In this document: piece after piece, positions 1 to 13,300 of the stretch
Layout: every line of letters begins with the position of its first letter
Numbering within the stretch: the stretch's first letter is position 1
Source of the DNA: Guillardia theta CCMP2712
Taxonomy: Eukaryota > Protista > Cryptophyta
DNA: 49,485 bases
Assembly (NCBI RefSeq): GCF_000315625.1
Contig: NW_005434655.1
Coordinates: 435,090 to 484,574 of the forward strand
Direction of reading: 5' to 3'
Position numbers and translations under genes: made by a program
The notes under the pieces: generated by a model
Told to the model about the DNA's origin: nothing
The model's database searches: none
Seen by the model: only the letters and a program-made list of their open reading frames with translations

Positions 1-3000
1 CTGGTCTTGGACTTGCTCATCTCAATCGCTCGCAGTCGCTCGAGCACCAGCCGCATGTCCTTCTCGTACTCTGCGAGCATCTGCGTCCGATGAGAGCAGG
101 GAGGGAGAGGAGGCACTGGGGGAGAGGAGGAAGAAAAAGAGCCGAGCGAGACTGAAGGGAAAGTCCGAACGACGAGGATGGAGAAGAAGGATGGGCAGGA
201 GCAGGTAAGGGAGGGAGGAAGAGGAGAGGAGAGACCTGGAGATTTCGACGTCGACGAGGATTGAAGAAGAATGGGTTAAGGAAGGAGCGACGGAGAGGTC
301 GGAGAGCCGCGATGAGCTTGAAGCAGGGGAGGACGAGCCATGCAGGCAGAGCAATCTTCATCGGCAGCCTGGCGACGAGGAGTGAGGGGGAGGGGACGGA
401 GAGAGCAAGCTGCTACCCGGTCACTTTGTCGCGCGGGGAGAGGAAGGGAGGGGAGAGGAAGAAGGTCATGGAGTAGGGGCCTGCTGCAGCGTCACGACTC
501 GAGAGCCTCTCGTTCCTCTCGCTCCTTCTAGCCGCTTGTCGATCTCTTCCTGCAGCCTCCCGTCGCTCAGCAGTCTCGCTACTTCGATCTCGTCCTGCCA
601 TGGTGGTCATGCCCCTCCTCCCCCCTTCCTGGGTCACTTTATATGCCAGCAGCTTGTAGTAGTTGGTGGCTACCGCCAGCGTCAGACTCTTCACTCTGCT
701 TGACGCTCGTCCCTCTGCCTCCTCCATCGCCTCCACCGCCTGTTTCTCGTTCTCATCCACTGGATTCTTCTCCTCCTCCTTCACCTGTTCGTACTTGGTC
801 GCCAGAGCCTCGTCCTGATATGATCGCAGTCGCTGCTTCCTGTCTCTTCTCACCTTCTCCGGGTCCTGCCTGTCCTCTACCACCTCCTCCCTCCCGCTCT
901 CCCCGTAGAGCGCCTCCTCCAGCTTCTTGCTCTCTGCTGCAGCCACTCGTCCCCACTCGAACGCCGCCAGGTTGAGGTCCACGGCGACTCCCGTCTCCCG
1001 GATGCCCTCGAGGAGTCTGTGGCGGGGGAGCGGAAGCATGCCTTTCTGGTAGGCGAACCCAAGCGAGAAAACGTTGACCTTACCCCCATCGCCGATGAGG
1101 TCTTCACAGAGGGCGTACATCTCAGAGCTGCAGGTACAACAAGCTGTGAGAGGGGAGGCGAGGGAGGGGCTTGGGACCTCGTGACGTTGCTCTCTCCTGC
1201 TCGCTGCGTAATGCCAAGCAGCATGTCCTCAGTCGGGAAAGAAAGATCCCGATCTCTGCCAGCACCTCAGCTACTCGCACAACCTCACTCTCCTCCTCTC
1301 CTCCTCCCCTCCTTTCGCACCTGGTGAAGCTTCCTGGCATGATCGCATGCGTATTGCACAGGACGCGTGTGGAAGGTCCAATGCTGGCGAGACTGGCGGG
1401 GTAGGAGGCGGAGATGAGGTCAAGCGCGATGACAGCATCGACTGCTCGGGTCCCAGCTCGAACTGAGAGGAGGGAGAACCTGAAAGAGAATAATAAAAGA
1501 AGGGGAGGACAGGAATTGAACACGAGGAGATGACAGAGGAGGCGGACAAGCGAGGGAAGACGAAGAGAAGCAGGGGAAGGAGGAAGGAAAGAGGATTACT
1601 CTGAAGCATGTTCATCTGGACGAGCAACTTTGATCATAGAGTTCACGGAACCATTCTTCTGTGACAGACCCACCTGATGCTGCTCTCGAGTCAGCCTCCC
1701 CCTCCTCCCCCCTCCCCCTCCTCCAGTACCAAAACATTGACGCGAAGTCCAGCTGCATGTGCAGCACGGCCGATGATGGCTCCAGCTGTGATGATGCCGC
1801 AGCCTCCGACGCCGAAGAGGAGGATGCTGTGCACTTGCCCGGGGGCAAGAGAAGTAGAGGACGAGCACGGCTCCGGCACAGGGAAGTCCGAGAGCTTCAG
1901 CCTCCTCAAGGCTCGATCCTCTAGATTCCTCGGCTTTCCTCCTGCGACCGCAACGAAGGACGGGCAGAACCCCTTGTTGCACGAGTAGTCAGCGTTGCAG
2001 TTGGACTGGTCGATCATCCTCTTCCTTCCCAGCATCGTCTCCTTGGGCGCCAGGCCCACACAGTTGCTCTGCACGCCGCAGTCGCCGCAACCCTCGCAGA
2101 CTTCCTCATGGATGAACATCCGTCGCTTCATCTCCTCCTGCTTCCTCACCCGCCGCCTCCTCCTCTCCGTCGCGCACTCCTGGTCGAAGATGATGGCGGT
2201 CACTCCCTCCACCTGCCTCCTCGTCAGTCCGCCTGCCACATCCTGGGCATCTCCTGGACCTGACTGAGGCGGAGCTGCTCGGCCATGAGCTCCTGGCGGG
2301 GGAGGACGCGAAGAGAGGAGCGTTTGTGCTCCCGCGGCTTGTCGGCGATGATGGTCACTTGCTTGACTCCCTCCGCCAGCAGCTGCTCCCCCATCACCTC
2401 CGGATCTGCTCTCACCCCCGTGTCGTTGGGCTGACCCCCCGTCATCGCGACTGTCCCGTTGTGCAGAACCTGATGGTCAAAGGAGGGAGTGAGGAGGAGA
2501 CGAGGCAGGAGCTGAGAAAGCACCTTGAAGGTGACGTTGACGCCAGCTGCTACACATGCTCTCACCGCCATCGAGGTGGAGTGAATGAAAGATCCGTCGC
2601 CGACATTCACAAACACTGAAAGATGCTCAGTAAAAGCGCGAAGACGGACGTGATCCAATTTGAAGGAGGGGAGGCGAGGAGGGAGATGGGGCGGGGAAAA
2701 TGGAGGAAGGTGGGGGGGACGGAGGAGGAGGAATGAAGTAGATGAAGAAGGAAGGCACCATGCTTGCTCTTGAGATAGGGACTCATTCCTATCCAGTTTG
2801 CACCTTCTCCTCCCATGGGAGAGAAAAACTTGATGCGATCCATGAACATCGCAAGCGTGTGGCATCCTATCCCCCCGAGAGCGAAGCTGCCTCCTGGAAG
2901 CACCGTCGAGGAGTTGTGCGGGCAGCCCGAGCAGTAGTAGGGAGATCTCTTCATCCCCACGTTGGCGAGCTGCTGCTGAGGAGGGAGCATCAGCAACGAA

Positions 3001-4724
3001 GGAGGAACTTCGACTGTCTCGTCGCTCAGAAGTCTCAGCGCTCGGCGAATGGCGTTGGAGATGTGCAGCAAGGAGAGGTCGACCTCCTCCGGCAGCAGGA
3101 TCTTTCCTTCAAGATCTTGCTTGCCGATCACCTTCGGTCGGACCGGCGAGTTGAATAAGATGTCTTTGAGCTGCTGAGCGTGAGCACCCCTCCCGCCTCA
3201 GATCTTGCAAGCACCTGCGACTCCAGGAAGGAGCGCTTCTCTTCCACCACAAGCACTGCTGACTTGGATGAAGCGAAGTGCGACAAGGACAAAGAGTCGA
3301 CGGGCCAAACCAGAGCAATCTACAGATGAATCATGTGTGTGAACAACCGGAATCAGAAAAGTTTCACAAGCAAGAACAGATGGGAAACGAGCATGGAAAA
3401 GGTCAGAGCAACAGTGTAAACTCTTTGTCTCACCTTGTAGACTGAGATTCCTAACTCACAAGCTTTCTGCTCGTCGATTCCCATCGCTTGCATCGCCTCG
3501 ATCACGTCATACGCAATGGTTCCTGCCGTCACAATCCCCAGCTTGCCTCCCTTGCGATCACCCCACACCACCTGGAGGCATCATTACGTTCCTCCTCCTC
3601 CCAGCAGCCTGAACCTTGTCCCACTTGTTATGATAAGCGAAGGCTTCGACCGCCTTGAGCTTATGCTTGTACATCCTCACGTCCTGCTGACCCTCAGCCA
3701 TGACCGCACAAGCAGCAGCTCACCTGAGAGATCCAGTCGTCGCGGAGTCGAAGATGAAGCCCCCCATTCGGCATCGCAAAGTCGGTGAGAGGAGGGTCGC
3801 TCGTCTCGTAACAAAGCTTGTCAAAGTTAACGTTGGTTGCACTGCAAGAAGCTTCACACTCTCTCACATTCAACATCAGTGAGGGGCAGCAACATTCTCA
3901 GCTCTTGAGACACAAGGAGTCTTCCTTGCCCTCAAAGCCTTGAAGGCTCAGCGTGGAGGCGTATCAGGCGTGTGACTTTACCTGTCAACCATTAACGACG
4001 TAACCCGCATCGCTGCCCAGCAGCCGCTGAAGCGCGATAGTTGGATGCCGTACACCCCGTACTCCAGCAACTCTGCAACTGATCCTGGTGCAAGGATGGG
4101 AACGTTCATGTCCCTGAAGTTGAAGTCGCTCTGATGAGATAGAGACGATGACTTGCACGCAGGATCATCTCCCGCCAGGCATAACACTCCTCCTCTCTTC
4201 GTCGTTCCCGCATAGTTGGCATGCTTGATCGCATCGCCGCTCCTGTCAATTCCTGGACCTTTGGCGTACCAGATTGCAAACACTCCATCCACGGTCTTGT
4301 CCTGCAGTACGCATGCCTGCTGTGTGCCCTGAACGCTGGAAGCTGCTATCTCCTCGTTGATGCCAGGAATGAAAGTGATCTTCATTTCTTTCATGAGCTT
4401 CTCCATCCTCATCAGCTGAAGGTCCAAACTTCCGACAGGAGTGCCTCTGTAGCCGGACACAAAGCCCTCTGTATCAAACCCCCGATCCTTGTCGCACTGT
4501 CTCAGCAAGACAGGAAGCTTGACTAGCATCTGCATCCCAGTCATGTAGTGCTGTCCTTTTCTGGAAACATACTTCTCATGATCCTTGGCGACTTGTGACC
4601 GTGTCAACTCACTTTGTGGTCGTCTCGCTTCCTTACGAGGAACACTCTTCGCTCTCAAAGTGATTGATCTCGAAACCCGCGTAGCCCATCTATTGCTCAA
4701 CGCTCCAAGTCTTCTTGGAATCAT
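1..4724 (-). CDS. ior: Indolepyruvate:ferredoxin oxidoreductase family, fused alpha+beta single-chain type; multi-exon, 3' end beyond the left edge; probable mitochondrial presequence
   Basis: Successive exons give GFVSGYRGTPVGSLD, PGINEEIAASSVQGTQQ, WYAKGPGIDRSGDAIKHANYAG, AGDDPACKSSS, RSPYYCSGCPHNSST, GIGCH, TPP-binding GDGS..HNGTVAMTGGQP, ferredoxin motifs CEGCGDCGVQSNC and CNADYSCNKGFCPSF, and beta-domain GVGGCGIITAG, GLSQKNGSV, LGFAYQKG, YYKLLAYK. Exons are separated by GT-AG introns. First in-frame ATG is at 4724 (MIPRRLGALSNRWATR). Confidence 0.93.
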
Positions 4725-5099
4725 CGTTCTTGACGTATGAGTTTTTGCCGAACCCAATATCTGATGTTTGCCGCAAGGAGCACAAACTAGAGTATTTGCC
4801 TTACAAAGGCTCGATATGCTCTCTGTCTTCTAAATGAATCAAGGTAATTCCGAATCGATGAGATCTCTAACGCCCATGATGAAACTCAGGCTCATTTTTT
4901 GTGTGAATCATTGGATGCAACCCTTGCTCGCATACGTCATCATGATCAACTTTTACTTGGTTTTTATCTTTCTCTCTCGGCTTGCTTTCTCCTTTTCCTT
5001 CTCCTCTTCTATCCCCGTCGTGTCTCTTCCCCCGACCTCTCCGCTCTTCACTCTCTTTTCCTTGCGCTTATTTCCACTGACTGCATGGACTTCACTCAT

Positions 5100-5810
5100 T
5101 CGGGCAGTCGTAACCACAACCCATACCCTTTACCCTCCACCCCTACCCACTCTTTTCCCCTCAAGATCAGTACGTTCACAGACCCCCTACCCCTGGAACT
5201 GCTGACACCACCCATTCACTACCCCCTATTTCCATATCAATCATGCTATACCATTACCCCCGTAGTTTCCCTTGCGCCTGTGACATTTTTGAGACGGGGG
5301 GAGGTCACAACAGGGGTGGGGTGGTCGTACTTCTGAAGTCAGCAGTAATCTGACTCAAAGAGATACGTCCATCGGCCGGGCCGGCCGGGCCCGGGCCCGG
5401 GCCCGGGGGGTCACGGCAAGATGACGTTGGCGGCAGAAAAAAAGAGAAGACCGATGAGGTGTAGAGCTTGTGAGTAGGGGTACAAATACCTAATTCAGTG
5501 GGTAGGGGTAGTCATCAACCCTGTAAAAGGTAGGGGTAGTTTTACCGATTTAGTCAGGGTGGGGGTATGTTACACGAACGGTCTGAAAGCATCCTACCGG
5601 TGTGTTTGATATTTCAAAACGGGGTAGGGGTGGTTCTAAGGAATCGAATGTCAGCTTGAGAGAGAGCAAGGCAATGTGGCTTCGACCTAATCTGGGGTAG
5701 GGGTAGTACCGATACCACCGGATCTCTGCTACTTGTGGGGGGTATATGCGTCTATTAGACTAGGTGGGGGTGATGCTGTTCTTGTCGGTAAAGGGGGTGG
5801 GGTGTTGTCG
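5100..5810. promoter_or_regulatory. Divergent promoter region between ior and tpi: TACCCC/CACCCC field, GC-palindromic core (about 5373-5416), then GGGGTA/GGGGTG field
   Basis: ACCC runs on + at about 5100-5270, CCGG/GGGCCC repeats in the centre, and repeated GGGTAGGGGT-like motifs at about 5475-5805. Lies between head-to-head genes. Regulatory role is inferred. Confidence 0.5.
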
Positions 5811-5832
5811 AAGAATCATACACGTGGAACCC

Positions 5833-7335
<1,503 letters not shown>

Positions 7336-7780
7336 GCCTTGAAGCTCAGTACACTTAGCTGGCTACTTGAAGAGCAAGCGAGGTTCAGATTTAGATGGAT
7401 TACAGTGTTGGGCTAGTAAAGAGGGCTGGATATTTTCATGAATATGCTCATCTCGCAGTGGCGGGGATTCGGAAGTTCGACTTAAGTTCCAGTCTGTTGA
7501 ATCCTCACCAGTCAGCCCGGTGCCGTGGTGTCCGACCGTCACACCGGGGCACTGCTGCGGCACTGAGGTGCTCCCCGGCGGATGCCAGCCGGGGCCCGGC
7601 TTGCCGGGACCGTCCGTGGCATTCGAGATACCGCTGGGCTCTCGAGTCTCCGAGTGACCGACCTGGAATCCAATCATTCCTGTATAATTTGAAATGTTGA
7701 ATATCAGATAATCAACATATTTCAAATTTAAAGATGAGCACATTGCCAAACCCCGAGCGACTTCAGTGGTTGATGAGGAT

Positions 7781-7872
7781 GAGGGAGAGGGAGAGGGAGA
7801 GGGAGAGGGAGAGGGAGAGGGAGAGGGAGAGGGAGAGGGAGAGGGAGAGGGAGAGGGAGAGGGAGAGGGAGG
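7781..7872 (+). repeat. (GAGGGA)n microsatellite
   Basis: About 15 tandem hexamers, seen directly. Confidence 0.95.
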
Positions 7873-8176
7873 AAGGAAGCAATCAGAGGAGAAGGATGGA
7901 CGTGGAAGTAGGTAGGTACCTGAAGTCTTTTCAAGGAGTGGAATGACTGTGATGCTGAGCAAGGAAGAATGAAAGCAGCTCTCTCTTTGCCGCTCTCTTT
8001 CAATCTTCTTTCTGTCACTTCTCGACATCTTCACATTCCATTGCACATTATGAAGTGCTCGTCGCTGACTGCATTCACCCTCCTCAACCGTCCTCATGAC
8101 TGAAGGCCTACACATTGCTCTACCTGGTGCCCTGGGTTCTGTATCGTGCACTCATTGGTTCAACAGTGCAGCCGGG

Positions 8177-9814
8177 ATGGCTGGAATAGCGAGAAAGCTC
8201 ACGGAGGAGGAGATAAAGCAGCACCGGAAGGCTGCAGTCAACCCGGTCTGCCTCCTCTCCCCCTGCTGCAAGAGGCGGATAGGGTGCAACGCTAACTCGT
8301 AGCAGGTACCGTCCTTGAGCTTTGAGGCTGGTAACACGATCCTGCACAACTCGGTTCTGAAGAAGCGGGAGCGGGTCTACCTCAACGTGTACAGTCTGAC
8401 GCCCCTCAACAAGTACCTGAGCTGCTGCGGCATCTGCATCTTTCACTCGTCCATCGAAGTCTTCGGTGTTGAGATCGCCTTCGGAGGACACGCGAACTCC
8501 AGCTCGGGCATCTTCGAGTCGAAACCATTCTACCAGCTCGTTGAAGACGGTATCCTCCTCCTCCTCCTCCTGCGCCTCTCCTTGACTGGCTGGCCATGAC
8601 ACAGGCATCTTGCCGGACAATCTGAGCTTGAAGGAGCAGATTTTCGTGTGCTACACGAGGAAGACGTACAGTCAACTGCAGGAGATACTCGCTGAGATTG
8701 CTCCTGACTGGCCGGGAAACGGCTACGACCTTCTTCGTCGAAACTGCAACCACTTCTCTGCCGTGAGCTTCTCCTCCCACCTCCTTCCTCCCTGACAGCT
8801 GCCAGACGCTGACCGGGATGCTCGCGCCCAAGTTCAAGTACCCCAACCACATCAACAGAATCGCTCGAGTCGCCTCGTCCATCTCCTGCTGCCTCCCAAG
8901 CTACATCGCGCAGACCGAATTTCCTCAATTTACGGAGTTGTGGGAAGGGGAAGGAAGGTGAGCGGAGGAGCTGGTGGTAGCAGGCGCTGAAGAGAGTCGC
9001 AGGCGACTAGGCAGCAGGGCGGAGGAGAAGTCAGGGAGGAGCGACAAGTATCACCATGCCTCTTCCAGAGTCATGAACAACGCAAACTTCTTAGCTGCAA
9101 GGTCGCTCGACCCTCCTTCCGCGGAGAACATCGGGAGATACGCTGCCCTGTTTGCCTCCCTCGCCCGCTCGCGCAGCCTCTGACCTCTCCTAGGGCCGCC
9201 ATGCATCGATGGGAGAAGAACAGCGCGCTACTTCTAAATCAGCGCAGGAGACCGTCACCTCCTCCGCAGGTGAGGGAGGAAGGGAGGAGGAAGGGAGTCT
9301 GAGATATCTGCAGCTAATGATGAATCATGTCGGAGGATCGCATGGAAAGCAGGTGAGTGATGTGTTTACCACTGCCTCTCCCTCGCTCCCTCCCTGCCTC
9401 CTCCTCCCTGCCCCTCTCTCCCTCTCTCCCTCTCTCCTTGTCTCTCTCGCTCCTTCTTTGTCTCTCTTCTTCTTTCTCGCGCTCTTGCTCTATCTCGTCT
9501 CTCGTTCACTGCTTTCAGACGTGGCAAGCGGATGGCAAGATTGAAGTGCAGGACACGACGAGAAACAATCGAGTAAGAAGAGATGCGTGAGAGAAAGGGG
9601 AGGAGAGGGCACAGATGATGCGTAGGAGGGAGGAGGGAGGAGGGAGGAGAGGCAGAGAGGATGGTGAGGGGGTGGTGGGCTGGTTCTAAGACAGACATCA
9701 CAGAGCCAACAGGAGGCGCATGACCCGGAAAGTCCCTACCAGCTGGACGACAGCAACTCTGAGCTGCAAGGTGAGAGTGCGGACCTGCCTGCTCCTGCCA
9801 CTGCTCCTCTTTCT

Positions 9815-9849
<35 letters not shown>

Positions 9850-10262
9850 TTGTTCGTCGTCGTTGCTGGGTTGCTCAGCTGCCTCTCACCTTGTGCCAGA
9901 CGTCTCTGTGGAGGTGCACGAGGCCCGTGTCTCCCCCCCAAAGCCCTACGTCCTGCCTAAGGTGGGTCAAGCTTGTGCTCTGATGCCTCTGACTCTCGAG
10001 TAGCGAGGAGGAGGAGGAGGAGGAGGAGGAGGAGGAGGAGGCGGAGGAGGAAACGTGCTGGCGAAGATCATTGGGGGTGATGTTTCTCCTGCATGCCTCT
10101 TGTCTTGTGACGGCATGGCAGAAGGAGAGACGGTGACGGAGGAAGGAAGGAGCTTGTAAGTGACTCATGCTTGTTGCTCAGTCCCAGCGGGGGCGCGCAG
10201 ACTCAGCATCGCAGCCTCTCATGTCGCCCATGGGTGAGCTAGGGGAGGAGGAGAACCGATGA
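8177..10262 (+). CDS. PPPDE/DeSI (peptidase C97) deubiquitinase/desumoylase; multi-exon, low-complexity C-terminal extension, 3' end uncertain
   Basis: VYLNVYSL, IFHSSIEVFGVEIAFGG (catalytic His), YDLLRRNCNHF (catalytic Cys), YPNHINRIARV. Further short GT-AG-flanked exons continue to about 10.2 kb. Core domain at about 8300-8930 is secure. Confidence 0.8.
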
Positions 10263-10353
10263 AGACGAGGAGGTTCAGATCTCTCTGCCTTGAAGGGAGG
10301 GAGCACAGGGCAAGGAGGCTCGTTCAAGTTGATGTTTCTGCTCTTATCTACAC

Positions 10354-13300
10354 TCACAAAAACTTCACTCCCCCCCCCTCCATCTCGCTCTGCAGAGCCT
10401 CCAGCTCCTGTCGGATTCATCAGTGGCAGGAAGGAGGGACGGAGGAGGAGGGGGAATAAGAGGAAGGTGAAGGATGGGGAAGTAAAGGGAGATAGGGAAG
10501 GGAGGAAGGGCGACCCCCCCCCGTTCAGAGGGAGGGAGGGAGGGAGGGAGGGAGGGTCCTGCCTGTAGTTGGAACGAGACCCTGCTTGCAAGAGTCTCGA
10601 TCGCGCGGTTGGCGCAGGCGCCCATGACGAGGAGGCCGCGGCCGCACTCCGGGCAGCAACGAGAGTCAGAGCGACGGAGCCAGCAGGAGCGACAGATGGA
10701 GTGACCGCAAGGCTGCAGCACTACCGCTTCCTCCATAGTCTGCGTGCACAGCATGCAGCTCAGGTCCCCTTCCATGGCCTCCATTGCCAGCTCGATCCTC
10801 TGCACCGCCTGCTGTACCGCCAGCTCGCGAGTCCCAACCCTGCTCAGCCCTCGGATCCTCTCCTCCAGCGCCTCCTCCCGCCTCCTCGCGTTGCTGAGCT
10901 CTCGCTGGACTCCTCCAATGTCATGGAGGGCCAGCTGAGCGTCAGCTGTCAGCTTCTCCTGCTTGTCCAGCGAGATTCTCAGCTTGTCTCGCTCCAGCTG
11001 GAGGAGCTCCAGGCTTCTCTTGTGCTCCCCCTTCGCCTCCTCTGCCTCCCTCAGGCTCTCCCGCAGCTGCTCGACCTCCTCCGTGGCCTCCTCAAGCTCT
11101 TGCCGGGCTATGNNNNNNNNNNNNNNNNNNNNNNNNNNNNNNNNNNNNNNNNNNNNNNNNNNNNNNNNNNNNNNNNNNNNNNNNNNNNNNNNNNNNNNNN
11201 NNNNNNNNNNNNNNNNNNNNNNNNNNNNNNNNNNNNNNNNNNNNNNNNNNNNNNNNNNNNNNNNNNNNNNNNNNNNNNNNNNNNNNNNNNNNTTGTTTTC
11301 CAGGCAAGGGAGTATGATTTCAAGGCCCCGCAACCATTTGCTCAAGAAGGACATTCTTCAATTGTTTCCTGTCACAAAGGGAGTTTCTCATGAGTGCAAG
11401 GAGGCGCAGGAATTGTTGTCAGCAGGGAAGAAGTTCCAGCGGATTGGAAACCTGCACCGCGCGCTGGAGGCACTGCACGAGGCGCTCTACGTGCTGCACC
11501 AGACGTGTGGGCCAATCCATACGTCCATCGCGTCGTGCTACTCGACATTGGCTCTCGTACACCAGCAGATCGGGGACTTCGCGAAACACCCATGAAATCA
11601 ACACACAGCAAGCGACACTTGGAAGATCCTTCCGCTCCATCGTCACCTACGCCGCTGTTATCTTCCCTCCTCCTCCTCCTCCTCCTCCTCCTCCTCCAAC
11701 CTGTATCTCATTGAGTTCTCCGAGTACCAGCACCTCAAGCTCGGTCCTCTCGCCAATCTCAAGCGACTGAGTAAAGAGCAAACAATCAGAATCGATGAGG
11801 AGAGGAGCGATCGAGGATGAGCTGGAGGGTGGGAAGAGGAGAGAAGTTGGACGAATGGAGGTGAGAGGAGGAGGAGCAGGAGGAAGGAGGTGGGAGGAAG
11901 AAGATTCACGAGTACCTTGATGAGGATTTCTTTCATGCGTATCTCTGTCTCCAACTTACTGATCCTTTCCTCGGCTTCTCGCGCCTCTTCCTGCTGCCAC
12001 CCCACCTGCTTCTTGAGCATCTTGTTGTCCTCTTGTGCGGCATGCAGCGAAGCCTCCGCCTCCGCCCTCTTCCCCTCCGTCTCCTTGAGGCTCTTGCTCA
12101 ACATGCTCGCCTGCAAGCTCAGCTCCGTCGCTCGCATGCTCAGATCCTCCAGCTGCTGTCCAGCAGCGCTCAGCTCTTGCTTGGCCTGCTCGAGCTGCTC
12201 CTCCACGGACGACAGAGAACTCGAGAGCCTCTCAACCTTCTCCTGCTCCCCTCTGAGAGATTCGTTTACGCTCACAAGCGCCTCCTCCTGCTCTCCTGCT
12301 CTCCTCTCGCTCTCCTCCAGCTTCTTCGAGACTTCTTGTTCCCTGATTCTGATCTCTTCTAACTCTGCACCCAGAGCACCTTCCCTCCTCCTCCCCTCCT
12401 CCTTCGCCTGCTCCAACTCGACCTCCACCCGCATGTTTCGTTCCTGCAGATCCCGGTACAAGTCCTCAAGCGCTTTCAGCTGCTCGTACGTTCGCTCAAC
12501 CTCCTGCGCATCGTCTTCGTGCGGAGACAGACTCTCTCTGACCTGTTTCGTCTCCTCCTCCTCCTCTTCTCTCCTCTCCCTCTCTTCCTCCCCCGCCTCT
12601 TCGTTTCCGCTCGCCTTCAGATCAGACGCGGGAGACGAGGGGATGGAAGCAGAAGTTTGTTCAGGGAGTGACCGTTTGGCTGGTTTGAGACGAGGAGGCG
12701 AGGAGGAGGAGGGAGAAGAGGCTGCTGCTCCTGCCAACTGAATGTTCAATATCTTCTTGTTGAGGCTTCTTCGCTCCGCTGAGAACAGTCTCTTCTGCTT
12801 CTCCCCCGACCTCTGCAGCTCGCTGATCGTTCGCTTCTGCCTCGCTGCCTCCTCCATCGCCGCCATCTTCGCTTCCTCCAGCCCCTCCACTCGTCTGTTC
12901 AGCTCCTTTGTCTTGAGCTTTTCCGCCTCCAGCAGGAGGAGGAAGTGGCGGAACATCTCTTGCTCGGAGGAGAGCTTCGCTTCAGTCTCGTGTAGCTTCA
13001 CTGCTAGTCGCTCCCTCGTCCTCACCTCCTGCTCGTAGTCTGCCAGCGCCAGCGCTCGCGACACGTCTGCCTCTGTGATGAGCATCCTCGCCTTGGCTAC
13101 CAGCATGCGCTCGATATCTCGCTCGGCTCGCAGCAGCGTCTCCTGCTGCCTCCGCTCCCCAACCTCCTTCTGAAGCTCCTCCACCTCCCTCGCTCTCTCC
13201 GCGCTCTTCTTCCTCTCCTCCTCCAGCTTCGCGTTCAGGCGGTAGAGGATCAGAGCTGAAGTCTGTCGCGACGTCTCCGCGTCATGCCGATGTGACCGCA

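Noticed and set aside
1-4757. IOR as bacterial contamination
   Set aside because: It has many host-style introns with the same microsatellites and is contiguous, without a gap, with the eukaryotic TPI gene.
5470-5810. Interstitial telomeric repeats or CRISPR-like array
   Set aside because: Motifs are short, degenerate and irregularly spaced, with no tandem TTAGGG-type unit and no constant repeat-spacer period.
7363-8151. 262-aa minus-strand ORF with an (SP)n tract
   Set aside because: Open only because it crosses a (GAGGGA)n microsatellite and a GC island; no domain, and it sits in the TPI-PPPDE spacer.
9209-9983. Separate small gene downstream of PPPDE
   Set aside because: The segments are flanked by splice signals and read more simply as further exons of the PPPDE gene; not separable without transcripts.
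10408-10562. Additional GC-AG intron in the RING gene
   Set aside because: An in-phase GT donor exists 15 nt upstream, so the GC donor is not required.
11890-12741. Long Ser-rich antisense ORFs (also at 15044-15564, 16408-17163, 18367-20388, 26748-27553)
   Set aside because: Shadow frames of GC-rich, Glu/Arg-rich or Leu-rich real genes on the opposite strand.
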